Of a DNA stretch of 64,000 nucleotides, positions 37,540 through 47,507 are shown piece after piece (the first letter of the stretch is position 1; every line of letters begins with the position of its first letter). Origin of the DNA: Nitrospinales bacterium. GTDB taxonomy: Bacteria > Nitrospinota > Nitrospinia > Nitrospinales > VA-1. Position numbers and translations under genes: made by a program. The notes beneath the pieces are model-generated. The model made no database searches. It was not told the DNA's origin and saw only the letters and a program-made list of their open reading frames with translations. Where the stretch lies: the NCBI GenBank assembly GCA_965223345.1, contig CBDCWG010000012.1, positions 3,264,001 through 3,328,000 of the forward strand. The letters run 5' to 3'.

Positions 37540-38520
37540 ATGGTTTCTCCCGATAACATTTTCGCCGTCGGCGGGGGAAAAGGCGGGACCGGGAAAAGCG
37601 TGATTGCCACCAACCTCGCCGCGGGTCTGGCGCTGAGCGGTCGGAAAACCGTCCTGATGGACGCCGACATCGGCGCTTCCAACACACACGCCCTTTTGGG
37701 CATCCACCGTCCCTGTTCGGGATTGCGCGACTGGTTCCTTGCCGAAGGCGCAGATCCTTCCTCTCTCTTCCTCGACACCGGCATCGGAAACCTGAAGCTG
37801 GTCAGCGCAGCGGGAGACCCGCCGGGCAGCGCGGACCTCTGCGACACCGATTTCGAAAAAGCCGCCAAACTAATTGAAAGCTTCGAGGCCGACTGCGTGG
37901 TCCTCGACCTAGGCCCCGGAACGCAACACCGCACGGTCGATCTGTTCAACCTAAGCGCCAACGGCATCGTGGTCACCACGCCGGAGATCACCTCCATCAT
38001 GAAGACGTTCGCCTTCATCCGGGCCGCGCTGTTTCGAAAAATCCGCCGTGCCTTTGCCGACCGGCCCGAGATCGTGCGGTGGGTGGATCACTCGCACCCC
38101 GGAGACTCGACTCCCGAAACGCCTTCGATGGATGTGCTGCGCGAAAACATCCGGATCGCCGACCCTGAATTTCTCGAGGCGCTGGAATCGGTGGTGAACC
38201 GCTTTTCGCCGTTGCTGGTGGTCAACCGTGTGCGGGAAAAACGGGACCTGGAGGCCGGAGACCAGCTCATCCGGCTGGTGAAAAAACACCTCGATGTGGA
38301 TGTCGCCTTTCTGGGCTTTGTGGTCGAAAGCGAGTGCGTGCGCGATTCCGTGGACGCAAGAATCCCGTTTCTGCTCAAAGAACCGCAAAGCAAACCGTCG
38401 CTCGACGTGCAGAAAATCATCGGCGATCTCATCCAGACCGAGATTCAATTCGTCAAAAAAGACGGTCAGATTTTCATACTGCGGCAGGAACCGCTGACAC
38501 CGAAAGGGGAAGACGAGTGA
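37540..38520 (+). CDS. MinD/FlhG (ParA family) ATPase
   Basis: Deviant Walker A GGKGGTGKS, DADIG..N, VLDLGPG, VTTPE.TS and VVNRV. Confidence 0.9.
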   Translation: MVSPDNIFAVGGGKGGTGKSVIATNLAAGLALSGRKTVLMDADIGASNTHALLGIHRPCSGLRDWFLAEGADPSSLFLDTGIGNLKLVSAAGDPPGSADLCDTDFEKAAKLIESFEADCVVLDLGPGTQHRTVDLFNLSANGIVVTTPEITSIMKTFAFIRAALFRKIRRAFADRPEIVRWVDHSHPGDSTPETPSMDVLRENIRIADPEFLEALESVVNRFSPLLVVNRVREKRDLEAGDQLIRLVKKHLDVDVAFLGFVVESECVRDSVDARIPFLLKEPQSKPSLDVQKIIGDLIQTEIQFVKKDGQIFILRQEPLTPKGEDE

Positions 38521-38859
38521 TTCTTCCACCCGTTTTTTTGGAGTTTTCCGCTTTATAGTGGCTCCTGGAATCGGAAATAGCGATTCTGCGCCCATTTGGA
38601 CTGCCGAATCAGGCGGATCCTGAGCCCCCGGAACGGGGCAAACGCCCCTCCCCCGCCCATTCCCCAGAAGCGTTGAATTTCCGCCAGTAATGCGCCGGGC
38701 AACCAACTTGAGTTGGACTTCCCCCCCGCCAGATCCTATAATAGAACATAGAGAAAATGTTGAATTTATTGGACTTATTCGAATCCGGACGACTTCGAAA
38801 AGCCCTTGATTTCGCCTGAATCCGGTCCCTTTCCATCGGCTTCAGGATAGGGGAAAGGC

Positions 38860-40041
38860 ATGCCGGCACCCGGTATGGGGTCACGAACAAATGCGGGCCC
38901 CGTCCAGACCGGCCATTTCTCGTCTGCCACGATGACAAACAATTCCGACAGATCTCAGAATAGAATCCGGCTGCTGTTTTTCAGCCACGCCACGCTGCCT
39001 TTCGTCCGGCAGGATGAAGCCATTCTGGGCAAGCATTTCGATCTGAAACCGTTCTATCTGGATCGCTACGACACGATTCCGGCCGCCCTTCTCTCCTATA
39101 CGCGGGTGCTTTTCTGGCTGCTGAAAAATATCCGCCACTGTGACGGGCTGTTTTTACGATTTGCGGATGTCTATGGATTTTTCTTTTCGCTCTTTGCGCG
39201 ACTGTTCCGGAAAAAACTGTTCGTCGTCGTCGGCGGGTTCGACGCCACGTGGATTCCAGAGCTCAATTATGGAACCTACAACAAAAGCCGCTCGCGGTTT
39301 TTCACGCGCTTCACGCTCAAGACCGCCTGCAGGATACTTCCGGTCAGTGAATCTTTAGTGGAAAATCCTAGCAAAGCACCGGACGTGGGGATATACAAAC
39401 AAGGCATCAAAACCCTGTACCCTGAAATCGACCCAAAAAAAATCGCGGTGGTGCCAAACGGATACCGGACGTCCCACTTCAACGGCAACGGCCAACGCCG
39501 ATCCGCCGGCGAAGTGACCCTGGTGGGCAACATAAAAAAGTTTCAAACGTTCAAAGTCAAGGGAGTCGATACCTTCATCCGCCTGGCCGCCGGGACGCCG
39601 GAATACACGTTCACGCTTGTGGGGGCGGATCCGGAGCAAATCGCACAATGGGCCGACATTCCGGCCAACCTGAACATCCTCCCTGCTGTTCCGCACGGCG
39701 CACTGCCCGAATACTATCGAAGAGCCAAAGTGTTCGTGTGTCTCTCGCGCACCGAGGGAATGCCCAATGTTCTGTGCGAGGCCATGCTGTGTGAGTGCGT
39801 TCCGGTGGGCTTCGATTTCGGCGCTATCCCCGAAATCATCGGCGACACCGGCGTGATATTGCAATCCACGGAAATGGAGCGACTCCAATCCGCTTTGCGC
39901 AAAGCCATGACCCTGGACGGCCGAAAAGCGAGAGCTCGGATCGTCGATCGCTACCCGATCGAAACGAGGGAAAAGAAACTGGCCGGGATCATCGAATCCG
40001 AATTTTCCAACAGCGAATGCAACGCACTCGCGTTCGCCTGA
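38860..40041 (+). CDS. GT4 glycosyltransferase
   Basis: VVPNGY, KG and EGMPNVLCEAMLCECVPV (EX7E); the true start may be ATG 38932. Confidence 0.9.
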   Translation: MPAPGMGSRTNAGPVQTGHFSSATMTNNSDRSQNRIRLLFFSHATLPFVRQDEAILGKHFDLKPFYLDRYDTIPAALLSYTRVLFWLLKNIRHCDGLFLRFADVYGFFFSLFARLFRKKLFVVVGGFDATWIPELNYGTYNKSRSRFFTRFTLKTACRILPVSESLVENPSKAPDVGIYKQGIKTLYPEIDPKKIAVVPNGYRTSHFNGNGQRRSAGEVTLVGNIKKFQTFKVKGVDTFIRLAAGTPEYTFTLVGADPEQIAQWADIPANLNILPAVPHGALPEYYRRAKVFVCLSRTEGMPNVLCEAMLCECVPVGFDFGAIPEIIGDTGVILQSTEMERLQSALRKAMTLDGRKARARIVDRYPIETREKKLAGIIESEFSNSECNALAFA

Positions 40042-40058
40042 CACGGTTTCCATACAGG

Positions 40059-41483
40059 ATGGACAGACAGGACATCATCAACAAATCGATTCGCGGCCTG
40101 GGGGTGGTGCTCGGTACCACCGGGATGAAATACGCGATCGCGCTGGCCATCCAGATCGCGTTGGCGCGCCTGCTCGAGCCCGAACACTTCGGCGCTTTTG
40201 CCTTCGCCAATATGGTGGTGATGTTTTTCGCCACGCTCACGAATCTGCACGGCGATAAGTTCCTGATCAAAGAAAAAGATGCCATTCAAGCGAAACTGAA
40301 TACGATCTTCACTCTGGAGCTGACGCTTTCCGGAATCTTCATCGTGTTGATGCTGTGGATCGCCCCCTACCTGATGAGCGTTCTCGAGAAACCCGACCTG
40401 ACCCTGCTGGTGCAGTTCCTGCTGTTCGCCCTTTTCTACGGCCCGTTTTCCCGGCCGCGATGCCTTTTCGAAAAGGAATTGTCTTTCTGGAAAGCCCGCT
40501 TTCCCTCTATCTGCGCCCAGATCATCAGCGGCGGCGTCGCGATCGCTCTGGCCTACAGGGGGTACGGCGTGTGGAGCCTGATCGCATCGCATTTGATATT
40601 TTCGGTTTCCGAAGTGCTGATCATCTGGACCATCAGCCCTTTGCGTCCCCGTTTCGAGTGGGACTCCAGAATCGTTTCCCAGGTTTTGGGTTACGGGACG
40701 CCCCTGCTGGGCAGCAGCGTCCTGATTTTCTTTTACTGGAATGTGGATTATTACATCATCGGCGATCTTCTGGATCAGGAACAACTGGGCTATTACTGGT
40801 TCGCGTTTCAAACCAGCCAGTTGTTTCTCAAACTGAAGTCCTCGATCATTTCGGTCGTGTATCCCACGTTCACAAAATTCGGAAATTCGGAAGACATCAA
40901 AAAAGCCTTCTACAAGCTGACCCAGTTCACGGCGGTCCTCTACATGATCCCGACCACGTTCGTCCTGATGATGGGAGAGGAGATCCTCACTTTCATATTC
41001 GGGGCCAAATGGATTCCGGCAACCCTGCCGCTGCAGATACTGATGGTCCTGACAACCCTCAAAGCGGTCACCGCCTATTGGGATCCCATCATCCTCTATA
41101 AAGGAAAAACGAAAATACAGTTTTACATGACGGTGTACGGAGCCTGCTCCGTGACCCTTTTCGTCTATTTATTGACGCTCTATCAGGGCATCGTGGGCGC
41201 GGCCGCCGGGCTTTTGCTGGCGCATGCGATCGGCGTGGTGATCATGTGGGCATTGGTGAACAAACATGTCCTGCAACTGAGCTTCCGGCATTTGCTGAAA
41301 TTATCGCTGCATTACGCCGTATTCATCTACATCGTGTATTTTCTCAAACAGGTTCAATCGGCCCCCACCTGGGCGCTATTCACGGTGCTGGCGGCCGGGT
41401 GCACGCTGATCACAGCCCTGCATTTATCGGAATATTTTAAATTCAACGCATTGAGCAACCGGCTTTCAGGAAAAGAAGCCTGA
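40059..41483 (+). CDS. wzx: Wzx/WzxC-type polysaccharide flippase
   Basis: LARLLEPEHFG, GYGVWSL, NVDYYIIG and LGYYWFA; multiple TM helices; ATG 40059. Confidence 0.9.
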   Translation: MDRQDIINKSIRGLGVVLGTTGMKYAIALAIQIALARLLEPEHFGAFAFANMVVMFFATLTNLHGDKFLIKEKDAIQAKLNTIFTLELTLSGIFIVLMLWIAPYLMSVLEKPDLTLLVQFLLFALFYGPFSRPRCLFEKELSFWKARFPSICAQIISGGVAIALAYRGYGVWSLIASHLIFSVSEVLIIWTISPLRPRFEWDSRIVSQVLGYGTPLLGSSVLIFFYWNVDYYIIGDLLDQEQLGYYWFAFQTSQLFLKLKSSIISVVYPTFTKFGNSEDIKKAFYKLTQFTAVLYMIPTTFVLMMGEEILTFIFGAKWIPATLPLQILMVLTTLKAVTAYWDPIILYKGKTKIQFYMTVYGACSVTLFVYLLTLYQGIVGAAAGLLLAHAIGVVIMWALVNKHVLQLSFRHLLKLSLHYAVFIYIVYFLKQVQSAPTWALFTVLAAGCTLITALHLSEYFKFNALSNRLSGKEA

Positions 41484-41527
41484 CAACGCGGCAAAGCGGT
41501 TTGCAAACAATAACACAAACTTATCCA

Positions 41528-42604
41528 ATGAAAACGTCAACCATCAGCAGCCGACTCAACGAAGATCTGGAAACGATCCAGTCGAGCCTCATCGGCATCG
41601 ATCGCATCGCCACGATCCTGTACGGCGGCTACGGTCGGGACGAGGGCAGCTGGTTCGAAGACGAGAACGGCAACCTGCATCCCTACAACGATTACGACAT
41701 CGTTTTGGTGACCGCCCATCCCCAGCCCGCAGATCGCATCAAATCGATCGGCGACAAGCTGGCGAAGGACATCGGAATCCGCTGGATCAACCTCAGCCAG
41801 ATCACTCCCGATCGCTTGCGCGGGCTCACGCCCACGATTTTCAACTACGACCTGAAGCACGCAAGCCGCATCATCGACGGCGACAAGGACATACTGGAAC
41901 TCATCCCGCCCCTGGATGCGTCGAAGCTGCCGTTGACGGAAGGCGAGGAATTGTTTTTCACACGCATATGGACGTTGCTGGGTTGCCTGGACGCTTCCGG
42001 GTTTCAAAAAGAGAGAACCGGCGATGCGTCCCGCTTCTTCCGGAACCAGATGGCGAAAGCGGTTCTGGCGACCGTGGACGTCCTGTTGCTGCAAAAGGGC
42101 GCCTATCACCCAAGCTACCGCGAACGGTCGCAGCGTTTTTGCCGATTGTTTGCCGAAAAGGATTCGCTGGTGGAACTGAGCCGCTGGGCTTTGCAAGAGA
42201 AGCTGCATCCCACGGCTCCGGCGATGAAGGCGGATGAGATAAAGCATCTCTACACAAACATACACACGCATTTTTTTCGAGAGATGTTCGCGGTGCTGAC
42301 GCAATGCTATGGAACCCCGATCAACTGCGCCCGCGATCTCGAACAGCACCTGAAATACGATTTCACTTTTCTTGCAAGACGGCTCAAGTCCGCTCTCAGA
42401 AATTTCAACCTTGCCTACGAACACCGGCTTGCGGTGCGGCTGGCTCAGGTTTATCTGGCAACGGCCTACGGCGCCGAGGCCATCGACTCCACGCTGTTAA
42501 CGCGCGGGATCGAACTCATGCGCCGCGTGCGGCCCGCTCTGTCCCCAGGCATGAACTGGGATCAGGCGAGGTTGGCCGTGGCGCAATTGCGAATGGAAGT
42601 CTGA
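41528..42604 (+). CDS. Pol-beta-superfamily nucleotidyltransferase-like protein
   Basis: ILYGGYGRDEG...PYNDYDIVLV (hG[GS]-xn-DhD) and a helical C-terminal domain. Confidence 0.7.
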   Translation: MKTSTISSRLNEDLETIQSSLIGIDRIATILYGGYGRDEGSWFEDENGNLHPYNDYDIVLVTAHPQPADRIKSIGDKLAKDIGIRWINLSQITPDRLRGLTPTIFNYDLKHASRIIDGDKDILELIPPLDASKLPLTEGEELFFTRIWTLLGCLDASGFQKERTGDASRFFRNQMAKAVLATVDVLLLQKGAYHPSYRERSQRFCRLFAEKDSLVELSRWALQEKLHPTAPAMKADEIKHLYTNIHTHFFREMFAVLTQCYGTPINCARDLEQHLKYDFTFLARRLKSALRNFNLAYEHRLAVRLAQVYLATAYGAEAIDSTLLTRGIELMRRVRPALSPGMNWDQARLAVAQLRMEV

Positions 42605-43845
42605 TGCCCACTGTTCTCATATTGATGGATGCCTTCCGGCACGACTATTTGAGCGAAGAAGTGACGCCTTTTTTATTTCACTGCTCGCGCCAAGGAGAGC
42701 ATTACAAAACCGTTCTCCCGAGTCCGGGTTACTGCGAAAGGACCGAAGTGCTGACGGGACTGCGCCCGAGGCAATCGGGCTTTCTGACCGCCATCGGATA
42801 CGATCCGGACCGCAGCCCCTTCAGCGGCATGAAGTGGCTGCGGATCTTTGAATGGATCGAGCGGGGAATCCTGAGTTCAAGCCGCCTGTTCGGCAAGAGT
42901 TTTTCACAACGCCTGTACCGTTATTACAAAATCAGAATGAAACGGTTTTTGCGGCGGCGTTCTTCCGGCATGAGCCCCTATGAGATTCCGGTCTCACTTT
43001 TGCCTTACTGGTCGTTGACCGAAGACCGGATCGACCACCGGGAAGATCGGGCCTTCCCCACAGCATCGATCCTGTCACTCGTCGATAAAAAAGGGGGAAC
43101 CTATTTCTACGATTCTTTCACCGCCTTGAATCTGCCCGCCAATGGCGCCGACCAGGATCGTTTGCACATGGCGCTGGCGGAGATCAGGAACCGGCCGCAT
43201 GACCTCACATTGATTTATGTCGCGGCGCCCGATCATTTCGGTCACAAATACGGCCCGCAATCGGATGAACTGAAGCGGGCTCTGCGCCAGATGGATCAGG
43301 ACTTGAAAGATTTCACGGAGACGTTTCAGCAACACATTCCGGGATCAAATTTCGTTTTTCTGGGTGACCACGGCATGGCTACCGTGACCCAGTCATTCGA
43401 TGCGGGAGAGCACCTGAATCAACTTGCCGGTTCACTCGGTTTGAAATTGAAACGGGATTACATCTATTTTCTCGACTCCACCCTGATGCGGGTCTGGTTT
43501 TTATCCGACAGAGCGAAACGGGATTTTGCTGCCGCCATCCAGGCGTCGCAGCCGTTTCGGGAACGGGGTGTCTTCGTGGATGAAGCGCTGGCCGAGAAAC
43601 ACCACATTCCCTGGCCCGACTCCCGCTACGGCGATCTCCTTTGGTGGACCCATCCGGGCGTGCTCATTTTTCCGGACTTTTTCCACAAAACGGATCGCAA
43701 CAGGGGCATGCACGGCTACGATCCCGATTTACCGGAAAGCCAGGGGATGTGCATCGTGTACGGGGATGGCATCCAGCCGCAAACCGTCGATTCCATTCCG
43801 CTCACGGAAACGTTTTCCATTCTGAAAAGGCTGGTGTCGGCATGA
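42604..43845 (+). CDS. Alkaline phosphatase superfamily protein (type I phosphodiesterase/NPP-like)
   Basis: ILMDAFRHDYL, PDHFGHKYGP, LGDHGM and GMHGYDP metal ligands; TGATG coupling to the upstream gene. Confidence 0.88.
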   Translation: MPTVLILMDAFRHDYLSEEVTPFLFHCSRQGEHYKTVLPSPGYCERTEVLTGLRPRQSGFLTAIGYDPDRSPFSGMKWLRIFEWIERGILSSSRLFGKSFSQRLYRYYKIRMKRFLRRRSSGMSPYEIPVSLLPYWSLTEDRIDHREDRAFPTASILSLVDKKGGTYFYDSFTALNLPANGADQDRLHMALAEIRNRPHDLTLIYVAAPDHFGHKYGPQSDELKRALRQMDQDLKDFTETFQQHIPGSNFVFLGDHGMATVTQSFDAGEHLNQLAGSLGLKLKRDYIYFLDSTLMRVWFLSDRAKRDFAAAIQASQPFRERGVFVDEALAEKHHIPWPDSRYGDLLWWTHPGVLIFPDFFHKTDRNRGMHGYDPDLPESQGMCIVYGDGIQPQTVDSIPLTETFSILKRLVSA

Positions 43846-44936
43846 ATCAAGTGAGCAAAAGTCCGCGCCCGTTTTTTTCCGTCATTGTGTGTGCCTACAA
43901 TGAAGAGAAACTTTTGCACGCGTGCCTGGAAAGCCTCCTCAAACAAAATTATCCCAGGGAGCAATACGAAATCTGGATCATCGACGACGAGTCCACGGAC
44001 AAAACCGCGGACATTGCGGAAAATCAGGTGGCGCAGCAGCAGGGTTCGTTTCCCCGCATGCATTACGCAAAGATAAAGCACGGCGGCCTGGCCGTAGCCC
44101 GCAACACCGGAATCGGACTGGCGCAGGGGGAAGTGCTCGCCTTCATCGACGGGGACGCCATGGCGCACCCGGACTGGCTCAAGCATCTGGAGAAGCCTTT
44201 TAAAACGCAAAACGCGGATTATGCGGGAGGCAAGATCGAGCTGTTGAATTCCGAATCGCCCATCGCCCGGGTGGCCCAGGAAATCCGGCACAAACAGTAT
44301 TTCGGCCCGGAACTGTATTTGAATCATTTTATCGGATGCAACATGGCGATCCGCAAACGGGTTTTTCAGTCGGCAGGGGGATTCTTTGAAAACTTTTACT
44401 CCCGGGGCGATGAAGTGTCCCTGAATTTTAAAATCAAGGACCGGTTCCGTTACCAACCGGCCCCGGAGGCGGTCGTCTATCACGAGCGTCCGGATAAATT
44501 GTGGGACTGGATAAAAACGGAATGGAAGAGCGCCACCTTATGGGGCCTCACCAAAAAGGTCCTCCCGGCACGCAAGGGCTGGCGGCCCCACGCCCGCAAC
44601 CTGGAACGATTGCTGGTCGTCCTCTTTCCGCCGGCGCTGTTCCTGCCGGTCCTGCATCCCTTATGGACGGTTCTGCTGTTTGTTTCCACGGCCGCTTTTT
44701 ACCGGCACCTTTTTGTGTATCCTGAAAACCGCAGAATCCTGGACGACGTTTCGAAGTTGTGGGGGCGGCCCCGCGGGATTCTTATGTATTCGCTCTATAT
44801 TTGGGTGAAATACGCAAACGTGCTTTTTGGAAAAGCACTGGGCAACTGGAAATACCGAAACACAGCGTTGATTCCTCCGGGGACATGCAAACCGGACATC
44901 ATCGCGATGAAATCATCGAGCCCGCAAGTTGCCTGA
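43842..44936 (+). CDS. GT2 glycosyltransferase with C-terminal TM helices
   Basis: SVIVCAYNEE, DDESTD, ARNTG, FIDGD and GCNMA. Confidence 0.92.
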   Translation: MNQVSKSPRPFFSVIVCAYNEEKLLHACLESLLKQNYPREQYEIWIIDDESTDKTADIAENQVAQQQGSFPRMHYAKIKHGGLAVARNTGIGLAQGEVLAFIDGDAMAHPDWLKHLEKPFKTQNADYAGGKIELLNSESPIARVAQEIRHKQYFGPELYLNHFIGCNMAIRKRVFQSAGGFFENFYSRGDEVSLNFKIKDRFRYQPAPEAVVYHERPDKLWDWIKTEWKSATLWGLTKKVLPARKGWRPHARNLERLLVVLFPPALFLPVLHPLWTVLLFVSTAAFYRHLFVYPENRRILDDVSKLWGRPRGILMYSLYIWVKYANVLFGKALGNWKYRNTALIPPGTCKPDIIAMKSSSPQVA

Positions 44937-44980
44937 ACCTTTATCCACTTCCGGTATTTTTTCATACCCTCGTTTCCGAC

Positions 44981-46093
44981 ATGGATAACCCGAACAAGCA
45001 CCGCTTTGTCTTCATCATTCCCAGCCTCGATTTCGGCGGTGCGGAACGGATCTGCGCGACCTATGTGAACGCGTTATCCCGAATGGGGCACCCATGCCGG
45101 GTTTTGCTTTCAGAAAACACCATCCGTTTTCCTCTGGATCCTTCCGTATCCACGGTTGTGATCAACAGCTCCACAGAGAAAAAGGGAATCGGGAAACTCC
45201 TGTTTCTCGTCCGCTATTACCGGAAGCTGGCCAAAGCGATCCGCAGCTTCTCCCCCGATGTCCTGGTCTCCTCATTGCGGGTCGCCAACGTTCAGACGTT
45301 GATCGCCGCCAAACTGATCCCGGCCCCAAAACGGCCGCTGTGCATCATCCGGCAGGAAGGCATGTTTCGGGAGCCTCCGGATTTCCTGACGCGTCGGCTC
45401 TATCCGGCAGCCGATATGATCCTCGCCGTGTCCGAAGGCCTGCGGGATTACCTGATCAAACAACTGCGCCTGCCTCCCGGGAAAGTGGTGACCGCTCACA
45501 ATCCATTCGATTTGAAGGAAGTGGAGAGCCTGGCTGAGAAAGAGGTCGATCATCCGTGGTTTGCCTCTGAAATTCCCATTATAATCAACGTATCCAGGCT
45601 GGTAGAGCAAAAGAACCACCGGTTGCTGATACGGGCGTTTCAGCAAGTGACCCGGAAAATGCCGGCCCGCCTCGTGCTGGTCGGACAGGGGCCTTTAAAA
45701 ACGGAGCTGGAAGATCTGATCGCCCGAATGGGCTTGAGCGATTCGGTCTGCTTTCTCGGGTTTGAGAGCAACCCGTACCGCTACATTTCCCGATCGCAGG
45801 TTTTCGTTTTGTCCTCGCAGTCCGAAGGTTTTGGGAACGTGCTTGTGGAAGCCATGTGCTGTGGCACCCCGGTGATCTCGACCGACTGTGAATTCGGCCC
45901 CAAAGAGATCATCGAGGACGGGCATTCCGGATATCTGGTTGCCCCCGGTAACGAAACAGCGCTTGCCGAGAGGATTTTACAGGTTTTGAAGTCGGACAAC
46001 ACAGCGATGCTCGATAATGCGAAAAAGGCGGTGCAGCGATACGATCTGCCGAATGTGATGAAGCAATTTCTTTCTCTGCTCCCAGAAAAATAA
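44981..46093 (+). CDS. GT4 glycosyltransferase
   Basis: GGAER, SRLVEQKN and SEGFGNVLVEAMCCGTPVIST. Confidence 0.93.
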   Translation: MDNPNKHRFVFIIPSLDFGGAERICATYVNALSRMGHPCRVLLSENTIRFPLDPSVSTVVINSSTEKKGIGKLLFLVRYYRKLAKAIRSFSPDVLVSSLRVANVQTLIAAKLIPAPKRPLCIIRQEGMFREPPDFLTRRLYPAADMILAVSEGLRDYLIKQLRLPPGKVVTAHNPFDLKEVESLAEKEVDHPWFASEIPIIINVSRLVEQKNHRLLIRAFQQVTRKMPARLVLVGQGPLKTELEDLIARMGLSDSVCFLGFESNPYRYISRSQVFVLSSQSEGFGNVLVEAMCCGTPVISTDCEFGPKEIIEDGHSGYLVAPGNETALAERILQVLKSDNTAMLDNAKKAVQRYDLPNVMKQFLSLLPEK

Positions 46094-46112
46094 TAAACCA
46101 TCCCCTGCAGCG

Positions 46113-47495
46113 ATGAATCCCGGCAACGCACATTTGAAGAAGCTATCGGATATCGCCTCGGAACGGGCCGCCCGGCTCTACCTGGTCGGCGGAACGGTGC
46201 GGGATCATTTTTTGGGGAAGGACTGCTCGGATTTCGATTTCGCGCTGCGCGACGCGGCGCAGCTTGCCAGGGCCTTCGCCAGGGAAACCTGCGGCGCCCT
46301 GGTGCCGCTGGACACCACCCCCGGCCGCGAGACGTTCCGCGTCGTGGTGGCAAAGACGCAGACGTTCGATTTCAGCGAACTCGCAGGCGACTCGATCGAG
46401 ACCGACCTCGCCGCGCGGGATTTTACCTGCAACGCAATGGCCCTGGCCCTCGACGATTTTTTGCAGGGTTCGGACACGATCCTCGATCCGCACGGCGGCC
46501 GGGCCGACATTCGCGATCAGAAGATCCGCATGGTGTCCGACACCGCATTCCAGGCGGACCCCCTGCGCCTGCTGCGCGCCTTCCGGTTCGCCATCCAGCT
46601 CGATTTCAAGATCGAAGGGAGCACGATCGATTGCATCGCGCGCGACAAAAAAACGCTCAGCCTTGTGGCGGCCGAGCGCATCTGGCACGAATGGAAATTA
46701 TTCCTGCAGGCCGGCCGGGTGTTTTGCCTGCTCAAGCTGATGGACAAAACCGGCCTGCTGAGCGAGGTGCTGCCGGAACTGGAACCGCTGCGCCGCATGC
46801 GTGCACACAGCCGCGACGCACGCGACACCGGCCTGCAATCCATCAAGGAGCTGCAGAACGTCCTGTTTCCGGAGGGAGAGAAGCGCTCCCGCTTCCCGGC
46901 CCCGGATCTTGCAACCGAAAAAAAGGCGCTGTTGTTGATGGCGGCGCTTCTGAGCGGATTGAAACCGGCACAGGAAATTTTTAACACCACCGTTCCCCCA
47001 TCCTCGTCACCGGAATCGGCGGTGGCGGATCTGCTCAAACGGCTGCGGGCGAGCAATGCGGAGAGCGAGTGGATCGAACGGACGCTGCTTTGCTGCCGGG
47101 AGTTTCTGCAGTCACTGGCGGCGTTTGCGAAATCGGCCCCCGACCGCCTGCGGCTGTACCGCTTTGTCAAGCGCTGGGAAAAGGAATGGACCGGCGGTCT
47201 GTGTATCGCCTGGGCGCTGGTGTCCACGCTGCCTCAGGACGGCCCCCTCTCCCCGGATAGCTGTTTGCAGGCCGCCGACAATGTGAAGGCGTTTTTCGAG
47301 CAGGACTACCTGCCCGCCATGCAGCAGGGACCGCTTCTCAAGGGCAAAGACCTGATCGAGCGGTTCGCGCTTTCGCCTTCGCCCTTGTTTTCGGATATTC
47401 TTGCGCGTGTCGAGGAGGAACGGGTGCTCGGCACCATTCGCACTGTGGAGGAGGCGGAACGGACCGCCCGCAAACTGATCGAGAACCAAAGCTGA
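46113..47495 (+). CDS. Class II tRNA nucleotidyltransferase, probably CC-adding type
   Basis: LVGGTVRD..LG...DFDF, DLAARDFTCNAMA, ADPLRLLRAFRF and AAERI..E. Confidence 0.85.
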   Translation: MNPGNAHLKKLSDIASERAARLYLVGGTVRDHFLGKDCSDFDFALRDAAQLARAFARETCGALVPLDTTPGRETFRVVVAKTQTFDFSELAGDSIETDLAARDFTCNAMALALDDFLQGSDTILDPHGGRADIRDQKIRMVSDTAFQADPLRLLRAFRFAIQLDFKIEGSTIDCIARDKKTLSLVAAERIWHEWKLFLQAGRVFCLLKLMDKTGLLSEVLPELEPLRRMRAHSRDARDTGLQSIKELQNVLFPEGEKRSRFPAPDLATEKKALLLMAALLSGLKPAQEIFNTTVPPSSSPESAVADLLKRLRASNAESEWIERTLLCCREFLQSLAAFAKSAPDRLRLYRFVKRWEKEWTGGLCIAWALVSTLPQDGPLSPDSCLQAADNVKAFFEQDYLPAMQQGPLLKGKDLIERFALSPSPLFSDILARVEEERVLGTIRTVEEAERTARKLIENQS

Positions 47496-47507
47496 AGAAA
47501 GGCCATC

